A DNA stretch of 63,500 nucleotides, the filler included. It is 3 parts of 3 records of this genome, joined end to end, with 100 filler letters (N's around TTAATTAATTAA, not from the genome) between each part and the next. Parts side by side here need not be neighbours in the genome. Positions count along the whole stretch, not along the records: positions 31,374 to 56,823 come from SRR31156797_1375; positions 56,924 to 63,500 come from SRR31156797_1442; 1 more part is not named here. One strand, 5' to 3'. The notes under the pieces are model-generated. The model ran no database searches. It saw only the letters and a list, made by a program, of their open reading frames with translations, and was not told the DNA's origin. A program made the position numbers and the translations under genes. This document shows positions 49,146-58,730 of the stretch, in pieces. Positions within the stretch are counted from its first letter, which is position 1, and each line of letters opens with the position of its first letter.

Positions 49146-50726
49146 ATGCCCATCAGTTTTTTTACAACTACGCAGATACTGCCATTTTATTCAGGTGCAG
49201 TCCTACTGTCAGTATCTGTGATTTTTTTTCATAAAAATGAAAAATTGAGCCTGTTGCTGCTGTTTGCAGGTTCGCTAATCATGGGTTTTTTCATTGCCAA
49301 CCTGGATCAGTTCCTCGTACTCTGGGACGAGCAATACCACGCCCTTGTTGCAAAAAATCTCGCTAAGGATTTCCTGAAACCCACACTTTATGCCAATCCT
49401 GTCCTTGATTACGATTTTCGGGATTGGACCAATAACCACATCTGGCTGCACAAACAACCCCTGTTTTTGTGGCAAATGGCTTTGAGCATAAAAGTTTTTG
49501 GTACCTCGACTTTGGCCATCCGGCTGCCAAGTATAATTCTGCATGCTTTAATTCCACTCCTTATTTACCGGATGGGTAAAATTGTTATCAATAACCGGGC
49601 GGGGTATTTTGGCGGACTTCTCTTTGCTGTGGCCTACTTCCCGCTGGAACTGGTGGCCGGCCGGTATTCAACCGATCACAACGACCTGGTTTTCCTGTTT
49701 TATGTTACGGCATCATTTTGGGCATGGTTCGAATACCAACATTCCGGTAAGAAACACTGGCTGCTGCTGATCGGGATTTTTAGCGGTTGTGCAGTCCTTG
49801 TAAAGTGGCTCATGGGATTGCTGGTGTTTGTAGTTTGGTTTATCACGATTATGATCACTGACAAAACAGGAAGGTTCAAAATCAGGACTTACCTTCCCGC
49901 GATTTATGCAGAGCTAATAAGTATTGTCATTTTCCTGCCATGGCAAATTTTTATCCTGATCAAATATCCTGAAGAAGCGAATTTTGAATATGCATTAACC
50001 TCATCACATTTTTTTCATGCCGTTGAAGATCATGGTGAGCCATTGTGGTTTTATTTTAATGATGGCCTCGGAAAAATTTACGGCCAGGGAGACCTGATGC
50101 CGTTTATCCTGCTTTTTGCAATTGTCTTCCTTTTGATTCGCATACCAAAAAAGATACACAAAGTTACTATTGCTGCGGCCATCATTTTCGTTTATGCATT
50201 CTACACAATTGCTGCAACAAAAATGATCGCGTTTCCGCTTATCGTGAGCCCGTTTATTTTCCTGGGCCTGGGATACCTGGTTCATGGGTTGATAACTATT
50301 TTGGAAGCGAAAATCAAACTGAAATGGACAGGGAAAATACTTGCTGTTTTACTGCCCCTCATCCTGGCCTGGTCGATGCTGAATATCTCGAGGATTGCCA
50401 ATTATCACACCCATTGGAAACCTCACGATAACCACAAGCGGAGCCTCGAACAGGCTGAAATGCGTTTTATAAATTCGCTTGATGAAAAATTACCTGATGA
50501 AAATTGTGTGATTTTCAACACCTCAATCACCTATGCCGGCCACATACCTGTGATGTTTTTTACAGATTACACGGCCTACCCTTTTATTCCGACCCAAGAG
50601 CAAATCAAAATGGTTAAGAATAAGGGTTACAAAGTTGCTGTGACTGACCTGGGGAACCTGCCGGATTATATTATTTATGATGACAAGGTATTAATAGTAG
50701 ATCCTGGTGTAGCCTATACAGAATAA
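49146..50726 (+). CDS. ArnT/PMT_2 (GT-C fold) glycosyltransferase
   Basis: WDEQYHALVAKN, WLHKQPL..W, RLPS, AVLVKW and many TM segments. Confidence 0.85.
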   Translation: MPISFFTTTQILPFYSGAVLLSVSVIFFHKNEKLSLLLLFAGSLIMGFFIANLDQFLVLWDEQYHALVAKNLAKDFLKPTLYANPVLDYDFRDWTNNHIWLHKQPLFLWQMALSIKVFGTSTLAIRLPSIILHALIPLLIYRMGKIVINNRAGYFGGLLFAVAYFPLELVAGRYSTDHNDLVFLFYVTASFWAWFEYQHSGKKHWLLLIGIFSGCAVLVKWLMGLLVFVVWFITIMITDKTGRFKIRTYLPAIYAELISIVIFLPWQIFILIKYPEEANFEYALTSSHFFHAVEDHGEPLWFYFNDGLGKIYGQGDLMPFILLFAIVFLLIRIPKKIHKVTIAAAIIFVYAFYTIAATKMIAFPLIVSPFIFLGLGYLVHGLITILEAKIKLKWTGKILAVLLPLILAWSMLNISRIANYHTHWKPHDNHKRSLEQAEMRFINSLDEKLPDENCVIFNTSITYAGHIPVMFFTDYTAYPFIPTQEQIKMVKNKGYKVAVTDLGNLPDYIIYDDKVLIVDPGVAYTE

Positions 50727-50762
50727 ATAAACTCAAGACTCAATTATACAAAGCTGTCAGGA

Positions 50763-51383
50763 TTACTGCTTCAGGTAATCGATTGTTTCTGGCCCCATAT
50801 TAAAAAGTAAATCAAGGATACTCAAACCGGGGATGAATCCATACCGTTCGGCGAACGCCTGGTAATAGGTTTTGAATTGAAATGTAGAGATATCGAATTT
50901 GGGTGACAGGATATGCCTGAAATCTGCCATTTCTTCCGGTTGTTTTTCGAAGGCATATGTAACTGAGATTTTCACCTCCAGGCCAATGAGCTCGCAAAGC
51001 CTCTCCAGGAGTTGCATATTGAAATCAAAGAGGTTTGTAAAGTCCTTTTGATAAAAAACCTCAATATCATCTTTATAATAGAGATAGAATGGAGCGTTGG
51101 TATACGCAATGCGGATGGCACGCCAGTGAAGTATCTGCCAGTCGTACTGATCTGAGATTTTGATCCTGTCAACGCGGGTATGATTTCCATCCACTTTAGT
51201 TACAGGAATCGTTAGCGCCAGTTTGCCATTGGCTGAATAAATTTCACAGCGGTTGCGAAATGTGCGCTTGGGGTAGGTCTCATTTTTTTCGATAAAAATT
51301 TCAGGCGCAGCAGCCATCAGCATAAAATAGTGTACGGAGGGCATGTAGGAAGTTGGAAGTAAAACCGGCTTGTCGAAGTTCAT
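50763..51383 (-). CDS. WbqC family protein
   Basis: Y.P, FRNRC.I, LTIP, HWRAI..AY..APF, YYQ.F and LSILDLLFN.GP. Confidence 0.9.
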   Translation of the reverse strand: MNFDKPVLLPTSYMPSVHYFMLMAAAPEIFIEKNETYPKRTFRNRCEIYSANGKLALTIPVTKVDGNHTRVDRIKISDQYDWQILHWRAIRIAYTNAPFYLYYKDDIEVFYQKDFTNLFDFNMQLLERLCELIGLEVKISVTYAFEKQPEEMADFRHILSPKFDISTFQFKTYYQAFAERYGFIPGLSILDLLFNMGPETIDYLKQ

Positions 51384-51413
51384 TTTTCAGAAATTTGGGT
51401 GCAAAGGTATTTA

Positions 51414-51495
51414 GTTATTGGGTTATTGGTTATTGGGTTATTGGTTATTGGGTTATTGATTATTGGGTATTGGGTATTGGGTATTGGGTTATTGG
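51414..51495. repeat. 7/8-bp short tandem repeat (G)TTATTGG/GTATTGG, about 11 units
   Basis: gttattgggttattggttattgggttattgg...gtattgggtattgg is directly visible. Confidence 0.9.
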
Positions 51496-51603
51496 TCCGC
51501 CTACGGCCCGCTTCGCTGCGAGGCGAGCGAGACAAGTTATTTGTTAATTGATCCATTTGTTTTTTGACGCTTGAGAGTGCTGGGCATCTTCCAATATCAG
51601 CAC

Positions 51604-51768
51604 CTGACTTTCAGGCGTGCGAAGCACCCTGGAACGTCAATATGGGGAAAAGTCAATTGTTATTTGTTTTGCCGCTTTTTTAAGCTTTAAAGTGCTGCTT
51701 ACGTTCAGGGTCAGGTAACTGACTTTCAGGCGTGCGAAGCACCCCGGAACGTCAATATAGGGAAAAGT
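51604..51768. repeat. Two 50-bp palindromic REP-like direct repeats, period 115 bp
   Basis: CTGACTTTCAGGCGTGCGAAGCACCCYGGAACGTCAATATRGGGAAAAGT at 51604-51653 and 51719-51768, 48/50 identical. Confidence 0.88.
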
Positions 51769-51795
51769 TTTTGCCTTTAACTGTCTGGCAGGTTC

Positions 51796-51832
51796 AAAAA
51801 AAAAGGTGCAATACCGAAGCATTGCACCTTTT
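51796..51832 (-). terminator. Terminator of the thioredoxin pair
   Basis: AAAAGGTGCAAT-ACCGAAGC-ATTGCACCTTTT with an A run on the left. Confidence 0.75.
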
Positions 51833-51857
51833 AAGGTTTGGAGAATTACAGGGAAAG

Positions 51858-52235
51858 TTAGTTGTTTACGGTTTCAGGTTTCTTGTTTTTTAAGAGCACT
51901 TCTTCGATTACCTGCTTGAGGGATTCCTTAGGCAATGCGCCCTGTGCCATTTGTGGCTGTTCGTCTTTTGGGCAGAACAACAGTGAAGGAATACTGCGGA
52001 TGCCAAATGCACCTGCTAATTCCTGCTGATCTTCAGTATCAATCTTATAAATATCAATTTTGCCGTCATATTCCTTCGCCAGTTCTTCGAGAATTGGGGC
52101 TACCATTTTACAGGGTTGGCACCAGTCGGCATAAAAGTCAATCAGGCAGGGCTTGTCACCTTCAAATGTCCACTCTTTGTTCTTTTCGAAATTAAATACT
52201 TTGTTGAGAAATGTCTCTTTTGTTAAATGTTCCAT
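51858..52235 (-). CDS. trxA: Thioredoxin
   Basis: IDFYADWCQPC...GIRSIPSL...PQMAQGALPK. Confidence 0.88.
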   Translation of the reverse strand: MEHLTKETFLNKVFNFEKNKEWTFEGDKPCLIDFYADWCQPCKMVAPILEELAKEYDGKIDIYKIDTEDQQELAGAFGIRSIPSLLFCPKDEQPQMAQGALPKESLKQVIEEVLLKNKKPETVNN

Positions 52236-52268
52236 TTTAAAATTTCGTTTTTATTTATTATCAATTAT

Positions 52269-52778
52269 TTATTTCACATTAAGTACATCGGTAATAATTC
52301 TTTCAAAAGCAGCTTTATCCTTGTAACCTTTGTCCATCTGGGGCTGACCTTCAGCCGGAATGTAAAGGAAAGTCGGGATGCTGGTCACCTGGAAAACCTG
52401 TGCCAATTCGCGCTGAACCTGGGTATCGATTTTATAAACCTTTACCTGGCCGGCATAATCCTTTGAAATTTCATCCAAAATCGGTGCTACCATTTTACAG
52501 GGTTTACACCAATCGGCGTAAAAGTCGATAATGGCTGGTTCGGATCCTTCGTAAACCCACTGCTGTGGATTTGCTTCGTAATTCCAGATTTTTTCTTTAA
52601 AGGTTTCTTTGGTAAGAAATTCAGGTTTAACCTCTCCGTTTTCGTTTCCACCGGCATTTAATTCGGTGTTGTCTGATGATGTTAAACCTTCGCTGGTTTC
52701 GCTGTTTGCACTGCTACATGCAGTTGCTGAAAAAGCAATGGCCAGTGCAAGAAGAAAAACAAATGAGAATCTTTTCAT
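52269..52778 (-). CDS. Thioredoxin-family lipoprotein
   Basis: Lipobox ATAC, IDFYADWCKPC and SIPT. Confidence 0.88.
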   Translation of the reverse strand: MKRFSFVFLLALAIAFSATACSSANSETSEGLTSSDNTELNAGGNENGEVKPEFLTKETFKEKIWNYEANPQQWVYEGSEPAIIDFYADWCKPCKMVAPILDEISKDYAGQVKVYKIDTQVQRELAQVFQVTSIPTFLYIPAEGQPQMDKGYKDKAAFERIITDVLNVK

Positions 52779-52946
52779 ATTTAAATAATGTTTAAAGTGT
52801 TTGAGTTCTTAAAATTTCTGCAAAGATAAATAAAAAAATAAATTTAAAGCGTTTAAGTATCACTTTTTAACTAATTTTGCAAAAACGATGCAAAAACAAA
52901 AATGGCTAAATTTGTAAGTCATTTTGTCATATAACATGAGTTAGAT

Positions 52947-53378
52947 ATGTCAAATAGTATGAAAAATCAGATTATTCATTTGAAACCGCTTGAATTTGAA
53001 TCGGCCTTTTCGTCGGATGAAAAATGCCTTGAGTTCCTGGCCGGAGAAAAATGGAAAGCCGGTTATTCCTGCCGGAAATGCGGACATACCAATTACTGCA
53101 AAGGGAAAACCCCATTTTCAAGACGTTGTACACGCTGTAAGCACGACGAATCTGCAACCGCACATACGATATTTCACCGGTGCAAAATCAACCTGACGGA
53201 AGCTTTTGAAATAGCATACATGGTTTGCAGCACGCCCAAAATCTCAAGTTACAACCTGTCAAGAAAGCTGGAAAAACGCCAGATGACCTGCTGGAAATTC
53301 AAAAAGAAAATCACGGAATGTATCGAACGCAACGGGGAGTTGCAGTTTATCGAAGGATCCGAAAAAACAGACAATTAA
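52947..53378 (+). CDS. Stand-alone IS1595-type Zn-ribbon plus HTH protein, no DDE domain
   Basis: F.SDEKCL.FL...KW..GY.CRKC...CTRC...SATA.TIFH, then ISS..LSR.L..RQ.TCW. Ends at 143 aa. Confidence 0.75.
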   Translation: MSNSMKNQIIHLKPLEFESAFSSDEKCLEFLAGEKWKAGYSCRKCGHTNYCKGKTPFSRRCTRCKHDESATAHTIFHRCKINLTEAFEIAYMVCSTPKISSYNLSRKLEKRQMTCWKFKKKITECIERNGELQFIEGSEKTDN

Positions 53379-53402
53379 TCACCACAATCTAAGCCGGGTT
53401 CA

Positions 53403-55199
53403 TTATTTCTTATCTGCTTTTTTAGCTGCCCTCTTTTTCTGCCTTTCCTCTCTTCGCTGTTCTCTTGCACTTTTCTTTTCTTCTTTTTCAACTTCCTTCA
53501 AATAGCGTTTTTTCGGCGAGGAAATACTTGGTAAAATAGTAGACTTTATCCCACTGATCAGGCCCTTAGCCAGGTAATTGAAAATACCCTTGTTTTTATC
53601 GCGTTCAAAAAATATTTGAGACTCTATGGGCTCACCACCCTTTTTATTAGGAGGATTAAACTGCCTTATAACCACATTTGCAATGGCTGACAGTAATCCA
53701 ATTTCTTCACGATCCTTTTTAACTGCTTTTCTTAAACCGGCAATCTTCAAATTATCATACAACATCAACAGCCCTCCTTCAACATATTCGCGATTGGCCT
53801 GCGCATCGAACGACATGGATTGAATAATCCCAGATTCAATCCGGATATAATCTGTGTGTTCTATAAATTGGTTGAACACCTTCATGTCCATTTTTTCCAC
53901 CGAACCTGAATATGAAAAATCCGGCCGTTGGATATTTTTTGTGAATTCAACATCAAGATGAAGTTTACCTTCAGCAAAAAAACGCGCATCAAATTCCCAA
54001 ACCATCGCTCCATGCGTATTGATCTCACCGGGAATGTTTGAAACGTTGCGGACTGATCCGTTAATCTTTTTTATGGGCAGTTGCCCGGGAGTGCTGCCAT
54101 TTTGCCCCAACTGTTCATACAGCACCTCCGAATCGGTAATCTTGATTTCGCGTACATCCAATGGCATTTCTAAATCAGCCAGCGCCTGTTGTGGCAGTTT
54201 GGGATATCTGTTATAATCGAATTCAACATTTTTATCACGAAATGCATTCAGGTAAAGGCCATCAACAGATATCAGGTCGACAAAAACCTGTTTATCGTTT
54301 AAATATCTGTCCACATCAAATCCATTAATCTCAAGCTCTTCCAGTCTTACATGCATCCTGTCAGTTTGTTTACCAAACTTCTCCCCAAACTCCATTTTTT
54401 CATATTGCGGAATGAGTTCAAAATCAAGGATTGATATATCATGACTTGCTGACTGATTTACAATTTCACCGACTTTAATATGGTAAAATCCATTGACGGG
54501 GTACTCAACTTTTCCGATGCTGAAGCGGGCATCCTTAATTGTACGTGAAATCATGGCATCCATTTCGCCTGCAAATTCAACCTTAAGATCCTTGCTACTA
54601 ACATCGATGCTTCCGGCCGAAATAATTTCCTTTTCCACAATTCGATCGAAATAGCTGAAACTACCATTATCGATTTCAAAAACCTGAAGTATAAACCGCT
54701 TTATTTTTCCTTCTCCGGATTTCAAATTTTCATGCTGTTGTGCTTTTCTGGCAGCTGCAGCGTCTTTTTCAGCTTTGCTTAAATGATTAATGATGGTGAT
54801 GGATGGCTCATAAATCGAAATCTGCTTCAAACTGATTTCATTGAGTGAAAAGGAAAAATTTTCATCTATACCGGTTATTTTCAACCTGGGAATCAAGACT
54901 TTAAATAACATGGGGTATTTAATGCGAAGCGAATCAGGGGCGTAATAAAAGGATTCATTTGGGGTGACCCTAAGATTGCTGATTTTGAATCTTCCGGATA
55001 ACAAACCAATGCTGATATCATCATAAGAAATATCATAAACATGGCTAATTTCGGATCCGGTATATTCTTTTGTCAGCAAATCCTCCATGATCGAATCAGC
55101 GTTTTTGTTCAGGTAAATGAGCCCTCCGCCCAAAACCAGTAAAATAACCAGAATCACAATCCCGGAGATGATTAATATTTTGCGTAAGGATTTCGACAT
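53403..55199 (-). CDS. AsmA-like/DUF748-type hypothetical protein
   Basis: N-terminal TM anchor, beta-rich repeats, and a C-terminal Y.NLKI...ERD.NK.IFNY..K....GIK. Confidence 0.6.
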   Translation of the reverse strand: MSKSLRKILIISGIVILVILLVLGGGLIYLNKNADSIMEDLLTKEYTGSEISHVYDISYDDISIGLLSGRFKISNLRVTPNESFYYAPDSLRIKYPMLFKVLIPRLKITGIDENFSFSLNEISLKQISIYEPSITIINHLSKAEKDAAAARKAQQHENLKSGEGKIKRFILQVFEIDNGSFSYFDRIVEKEIISAGSIDVSSKDLKVEFAGEMDAMISRTIKDARFSIGKVEYPVNGFYHIKVGEIVNQSASHDISILDFELIPQYEKMEFGEKFGKQTDRMHVRLEELEINGFDVDRYLNDKQVFVDLISVDGLYLNAFRDKNVEFDYNRYPKLPQQALADLEMPLDVREIKITDSEVLYEQLGQNGSTPGQLPIKKINGSVRNVSNIPGEINTHGAMVWEFDARFFAEGKLHLDVEFTKNIQRPDFSYSGSVEKMDMKVFNQFIEHTDYIRIESGIIQSMSFDAQANREYVEGGLLMLYDNLKIAGLRKAVKKDREEIGLLSAIANVVIRQFNPPNKKGGEPIESQIFFERDKNKGIFNYLAKGLISGIKSTILPSISSPKKRYLKEVEKEEKKSAREQRREERQKKRAAKKADKK

Positions 55200-55331
55200 G
55201 ATTAAATGTGTAAAGAGTTAACCAACCAAAGATAGGGTTTGTTTGTAAGTAGAAGAATTGATGCACCATTTTAATTGGCAAATTGTAGATTTGCAACACC
55301 ATGACCAGAAACATGAATAATATTTTAGGAT

Positions 55332-55946
55332 ATGCTTGAATTTGAAAACATATCAATTTCATTTGATGGCAAACCGCTGGTCAATGGCCTGCGTTTTTCA
55401 GTGATGCAGGGCGACAAGGTCGTGATCCGGGGTAAGTCAGGCTCCGGAAAAAGCAGCCTGATAAATACCCTTACCGGTTTTGTAAGGCCGGTAACGGGAA
55501 AAATTCTCTTTAGAGGCAACAAACTTACAGCAGAGAATTTCGATGAATTAAGAAAACAGATCGCTTATTTACCTCAACAGGTTTCGTTCAACAACCTGTA
55601 TGTAAAAGGTTTTATTGAATTGCCATTTGAATTTCAGCTCAACAAACCGGCGTTTCCGACCCGGGAAAAAATCCGGGAATTCTTCAACAAATTCGGCCTT
55701 AAAAATGATATCATGGAAAGCAGAATGCAGGATATTTCAGGAGGTGAAAAACAAAGAGTGGCATTAATATCCTGCTTATTGCTTTGCAGAAATATCTTGC
55801 TGCTTGATGAACCCACTTCGGCACTCGACAGCCAGGTAAAGCAAAAGGTAATGGATGTTATTTTTGAAATGGATGAACTCACCATCGTTTCAGCCTCCCA
55901 CGACCCTGAATGGGTAGAGCGATGTTCAAAAGTTATTGATATTTAA
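55332..55946 (+). CDS. ABC transporter ATP-binding protein (FetA/YbbL-like)
   Basis: GKSGSGKS, ISGGEKQR, LLDEPTSALD and SHD. Confidence 0.88.
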   Translation: MLEFENISISFDGKPLVNGLRFSVMQGDKVVIRGKSGSGKSSLINTLTGFVRPVTGKILFRGNKLTAENFDELRKQIAYLPQQVSFNNLYVKGFIELPFEFQLNKPAFPTREKIREFFNKFGLKNDIMESRMQDISGGEKQRVALISCLLLCRNILLLDEPTSALDSQVKQKVMDVIFEMDELTIVSASHDPEWVERCSKVIDI

Positions 55947-55957
55947 AGTATAAGCAC

Positions 55958-56734
55958 ATGGAAACCATCAACATAAGTTGGATCAATCTTTTGACAGGGT
56001 ATTTGCTACTGGTAATTCCAATTGCTGCTATGTGGTATTACCGAACCGGACTGGTGAAGGACACCCTGATAGCTGCCGTTCGGATGACTCTTCAATTGTT
56101 CCTGATGGGTTTGTATCTTACTGTGCTTTTCGATCTGAACAGCATGTGGCTTAACCTGCTATGGCTCCTGATTATGATTGGTGTTTCCACCGGAACAACC
56201 ATCAAACGGAGCGAACTGAGCTGGAAAAAATTCACCATCCCTGTTGCCATTTCAACTATAATTTCGATTGTAGTGGTTGATGCGGTTTTTCTGGGGATAA
56301 CCCTCAGGTTGGAAAACATTTTTGATGCCCGCTATTTCATTACCATTACCGGGATGATCCTTGGCAATTCGATGAAACAGAACATCATTGCACTCAACAC
56401 TTTTTACAAAACACTGGAAGAACAGAAAGCAGACTACCGGTATTGTATCGCAAATGGTGCCACACGAAAAGAAGCCATCATGCCTTTTATGAAGTCTGCC
56501 ATCAAAAGATCGTTTAACCCACAAATTGCAACCATGTCCGTACTTGGACTCATTGCTCTGCCCGGAACACTAACCGGACAAATTATCGGAGGATCCGCCC
56601 CGGATGTCGCCATCAAATACCAGATATTGCTAATGCTGGCCATTTTCGTTGCATCAATGATCACCATTGTGCTTACCATCAACCTGGCAAACAAGTTTCT
56701 CTTTGATGAATGGGATGATTTTGGGAAGTTTTGA
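55958..56734 (+). CDS. ABC permease UPF0014 (FetB/YbbM-like)
   Basis: RMTLQL, RYFI.I.GMILGNSM, GL..LPG.LTGQI.GG..P..AIKYQI. Confidence 0.88.
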   Translation: METINISWINLLTGYLLLVIPIAAMWYYRTGLVKDTLIAAVRMTLQLFLMGLYLTVLFDLNSMWLNLLWLLIMIGVSTGTTIKRSELSWKKFTIPVAISTIISIVVVDAVFLGITLRLENIFDARYFITITGMILGNSMKQNIIALNTFYKTLEEQKADYRYCIANGATRKEAIMPFMKSAIKRSFNPQIATMSVLGLIALPGTLTGQIIGGSAPDVAIKYQILLMLAIFVASMITIVLTINLANKFLFDEWDDFGKF

Positions 56735-56737
56735 TAC

Positions 56738-56772
56738 AAAAAAATCCCGGAATCTTTTCGAAACCGGGATTT
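56738..56772. terminator. Terminator between the permease and the tRNA
   Basis: AAAAAAATCCCGG...CCGGGATTT. Confidence 0.7.
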
Positions 56773-56775
56773 GTC

Positions 56776-56823
56776 GGGTGCAAGATGGGATTTGAACCCA
56801 CGACCCCTGGAACCACAATCCAG
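56776..56823 (-). tRNA. tRNA-His(GTG), 3' part only (cut by contig end)
   Basis: Minus strand: CTGGA-TTGTGGT-TCCAG anticodon arm, GTGGGTTCAAATCCCAT T-arm and acceptor CTTGCACC-C. Confidence 0.9.
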
Positions 56824-56923
56824 NNNNNNNNNNNNNNNNNNNNNNNNNNNNNNNNNNNNNNNNNNNNTTAATTAATTAANNNNNNNNNNNNNNNNNNNNN
56901 NNNNNNNNNNNNNNNNNNNNNNN
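56824..56923. other. Artificial contig spacer
   Basis: N runs with TTAATTAATTAA. GC content jumps sharply after it. Confidence 0.97.
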
Positions 56924-57075
56924 GGCATGTCGTTCATTGCCCTTAGATGGGAACTGGACCGGCGATTGCCAGGCGGGCGGCGATTGTCAGGCAGTCCAAC
57001 CTGGGGCACAATCGGGACCGAATCATAGAACCGGAGATCCGAATAGGACGAGCCGGAAAAAATGGGAGCGAAACG

Positions 57076-58659
57076 ATGAGGCAAAAACGCTTCGGGCATT
57101 TATTCATTTGTTTTTTGATTTCATTTGTTTTGGCCGCGCCGGCCAGTGCCGGCTGGTACCAGAACGCCAAGTTCGGCTATGCCATCAATCTGCCGGACGG
57201 CTGGCGCATCGCCGAGGACGCGGCCAACGATACCGTCACCGCGACCCGGCCCGACAACAATGTCGAGATCGCCGTGCAGGCGCTTGATTTGCAGGGCCAG
57301 ATCGGATCGGCCGATCAATTGGCCGACCTGTTCACCGCCAACGTTTTCAACGGTTTCAAGTTCCTGTCCAAGCAGCCCGACGACGTCAACGGCATTCCCG
57401 GTGTCGTCGCCGCCTATTTGGGCCAGAACAACGGCCAACAGGTGGTCATCGGCGCTTTTTACCTGGTGCAGCCGCCCCATGGCTTCGTCATGTATGCCGC
57501 CATGCCGGCGGAACAGGCGCAAACCCTGTCGAAACAACTGGACCCGGTTTTCGATACCTTCCAGCGCCTCGGCGCGGCACCGCAGAAGCAGGCGGCGGCG
57601 CCGGCGGCACCGGTGGCTCCGGCGCCCGCCCCGGCCCCGGCGGCGGCCGAGCCGCCGCTCGATCCGATCGACGCGCCCTATGTTTCGGTCGGCGAGGCCC
57701 GGGTCCGCGAGCGCCCCGACGTGCGGGGTAAGACCGTGCGTAAGCTCAAACCCGGCGAGGAGATCTACGCACTCGGCCGGGTCCAGGGAACCAAGTGGAT
57801 CCTGGTGGCGCGCAACGACGAACCGATCGGCTATGTGCTGGACCGTCAGATCCGCGACAAGGCGAAGGCGGCGCCGGCCGCGCCCGTCGTTGCCGCCGCC
57901 GCGGCGCCGGCCCCGGCCGCGGTGCCGGCCAAGAACGTCCCGGCAGGTGTCGACTTCGGAAGCTACTTCGCGCTGATCATCGGCAACACCGGGTACAAAC
58001 ATTTTCCGGAACTGGTAACGGCGGATGACGACGCGCGAGCCGTTGCCGCCCTGCTTGGCGATGCCTACGGTTATCAAACCCAGGTTCTGATGGATGCGAC
58101 CCGCAACCAGATCATCGACGCCATCGAAGGCTATCGCGAAAAGCTGGGCGCGGGTGACAACCTGCTGATCTATTACGCCGGCCACGGCTGGTTGGATAAA
58201 AAGGCCGAGCGCGGTTACTGGCTGCCGATCGACGCGAAGCCGGACAGCAAGGCCAACTGGGTTTCCAATACGACCATTACCGACAGCATCAAGGCGATGG
58301 ACGCCCGGCATGTGATGATCGTCGCCGATTCGTGTTATTCCGGCACCCTGACACGCGGCATCAAGATCAAGCGCAGGGATTCGGAATATTTCAAACGGCT
58401 GGCGGCGAAGAAGGCGCGCGTCGCCATGACGTCGGGCGGGCTTGAACCGGTCAGCGATACCGGCGGCGGCGGCCATTCGGCCTTCGCCAAGGCCTTCATC
58501 GACGTGCTGGCCCAAAACGACGGCATGATCGACGGGACCGAACTGTTCAAGCGCATCGAACGGCCGGTCAAGTTGAACGCCGATCAGACACCGGCGTTTT
58601 CCGACATCCGCAAGGCCGGCCACGAGGAAGGCGGCGACTTTATTTTCGTGCGGCGTTAG
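57076..58659 (+). CDS. Secreted caspase-family (C14) peptidase with PsbP/DcrB-like and SH3b-like domains
   Basis: Signal peptide ending ASA, Y.N..FGY.I.LPDGW, Pro/Ala linkers, VRERPD...W......GYV, ALIIGN..Y, and catalytic YYAGHG and ADSCYSG. Confidence 0.85.
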   Translation: MRQKRFGHLFICFLISFVLAAPASAGWYQNAKFGYAINLPDGWRIAEDAANDTVTATRPDNNVEIAVQALDLQGQIGSADQLADLFTANVFNGFKFLSKQPDDVNGIPGVVAAYLGQNNGQQVVIGAFYLVQPPHGFVMYAAMPAEQAQTLSKQLDPVFDTFQRLGAAPQKQAAAPAAPVAPAPAPAPAAAEPPLDPIDAPYVSVGEARVRERPDVRGKTVRKLKPGEEIYALGRVQGTKWILVARNDEPIGYVLDRQIRDKAKAAPAAPVVAAAAAPAPAAVPAKNVPAGVDFGSYFALIIGNTGYKHFPELVTADDDARAVAALLGDAYGYQTQVLMDATRNQIIDAIEGYREKLGAGDNLLIYYAGHGWLDKKAERGYWLPIDAKPDSKANWVSNTTITDSIKAMDARHVMIVADSCYSGTLTRGIKIKRRDSEYFKRLAAKKARVAMTSGGLEPVSDTGGGGHSAFAKAFIDVLAQNDGMIDGTELFKRIERPVKLNADQTPAFSDIRKAGHEEGGDFIFVRR

Positions 58660-58675
58660 GTCAGTCTCGAAGGAC

Positions 58676-58716
58676 AAAAGGCCCGGGCGGTTGCGCCGCT
58701 CGGGCCTTCCGTTTTT
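58676..58716. terminator. Bidirectional terminator
   Basis: AAGGCCCGGGCGG-TTGCG-CCGCTCGGGCCTT between convergent genes. Confidence 0.75.
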
Positions 58717-58730
58717 GCCGGTTTGTGCGC

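Noticed and set aside
51353-51547. ORF with YWVIG repeats
   Set aside because: It is only the translation of the microsatellite.
51604-51768. Mini-CRISPR (two repeats, one spacer)
   Set aside because: Only two copies, a 65-bp spacer that itself resembles the flank, and no cas genes.
52947-53378. Active IS1595 element
   Set aside because: No catalytic DDE domain, terminal inverted repeats or target duplication seen.
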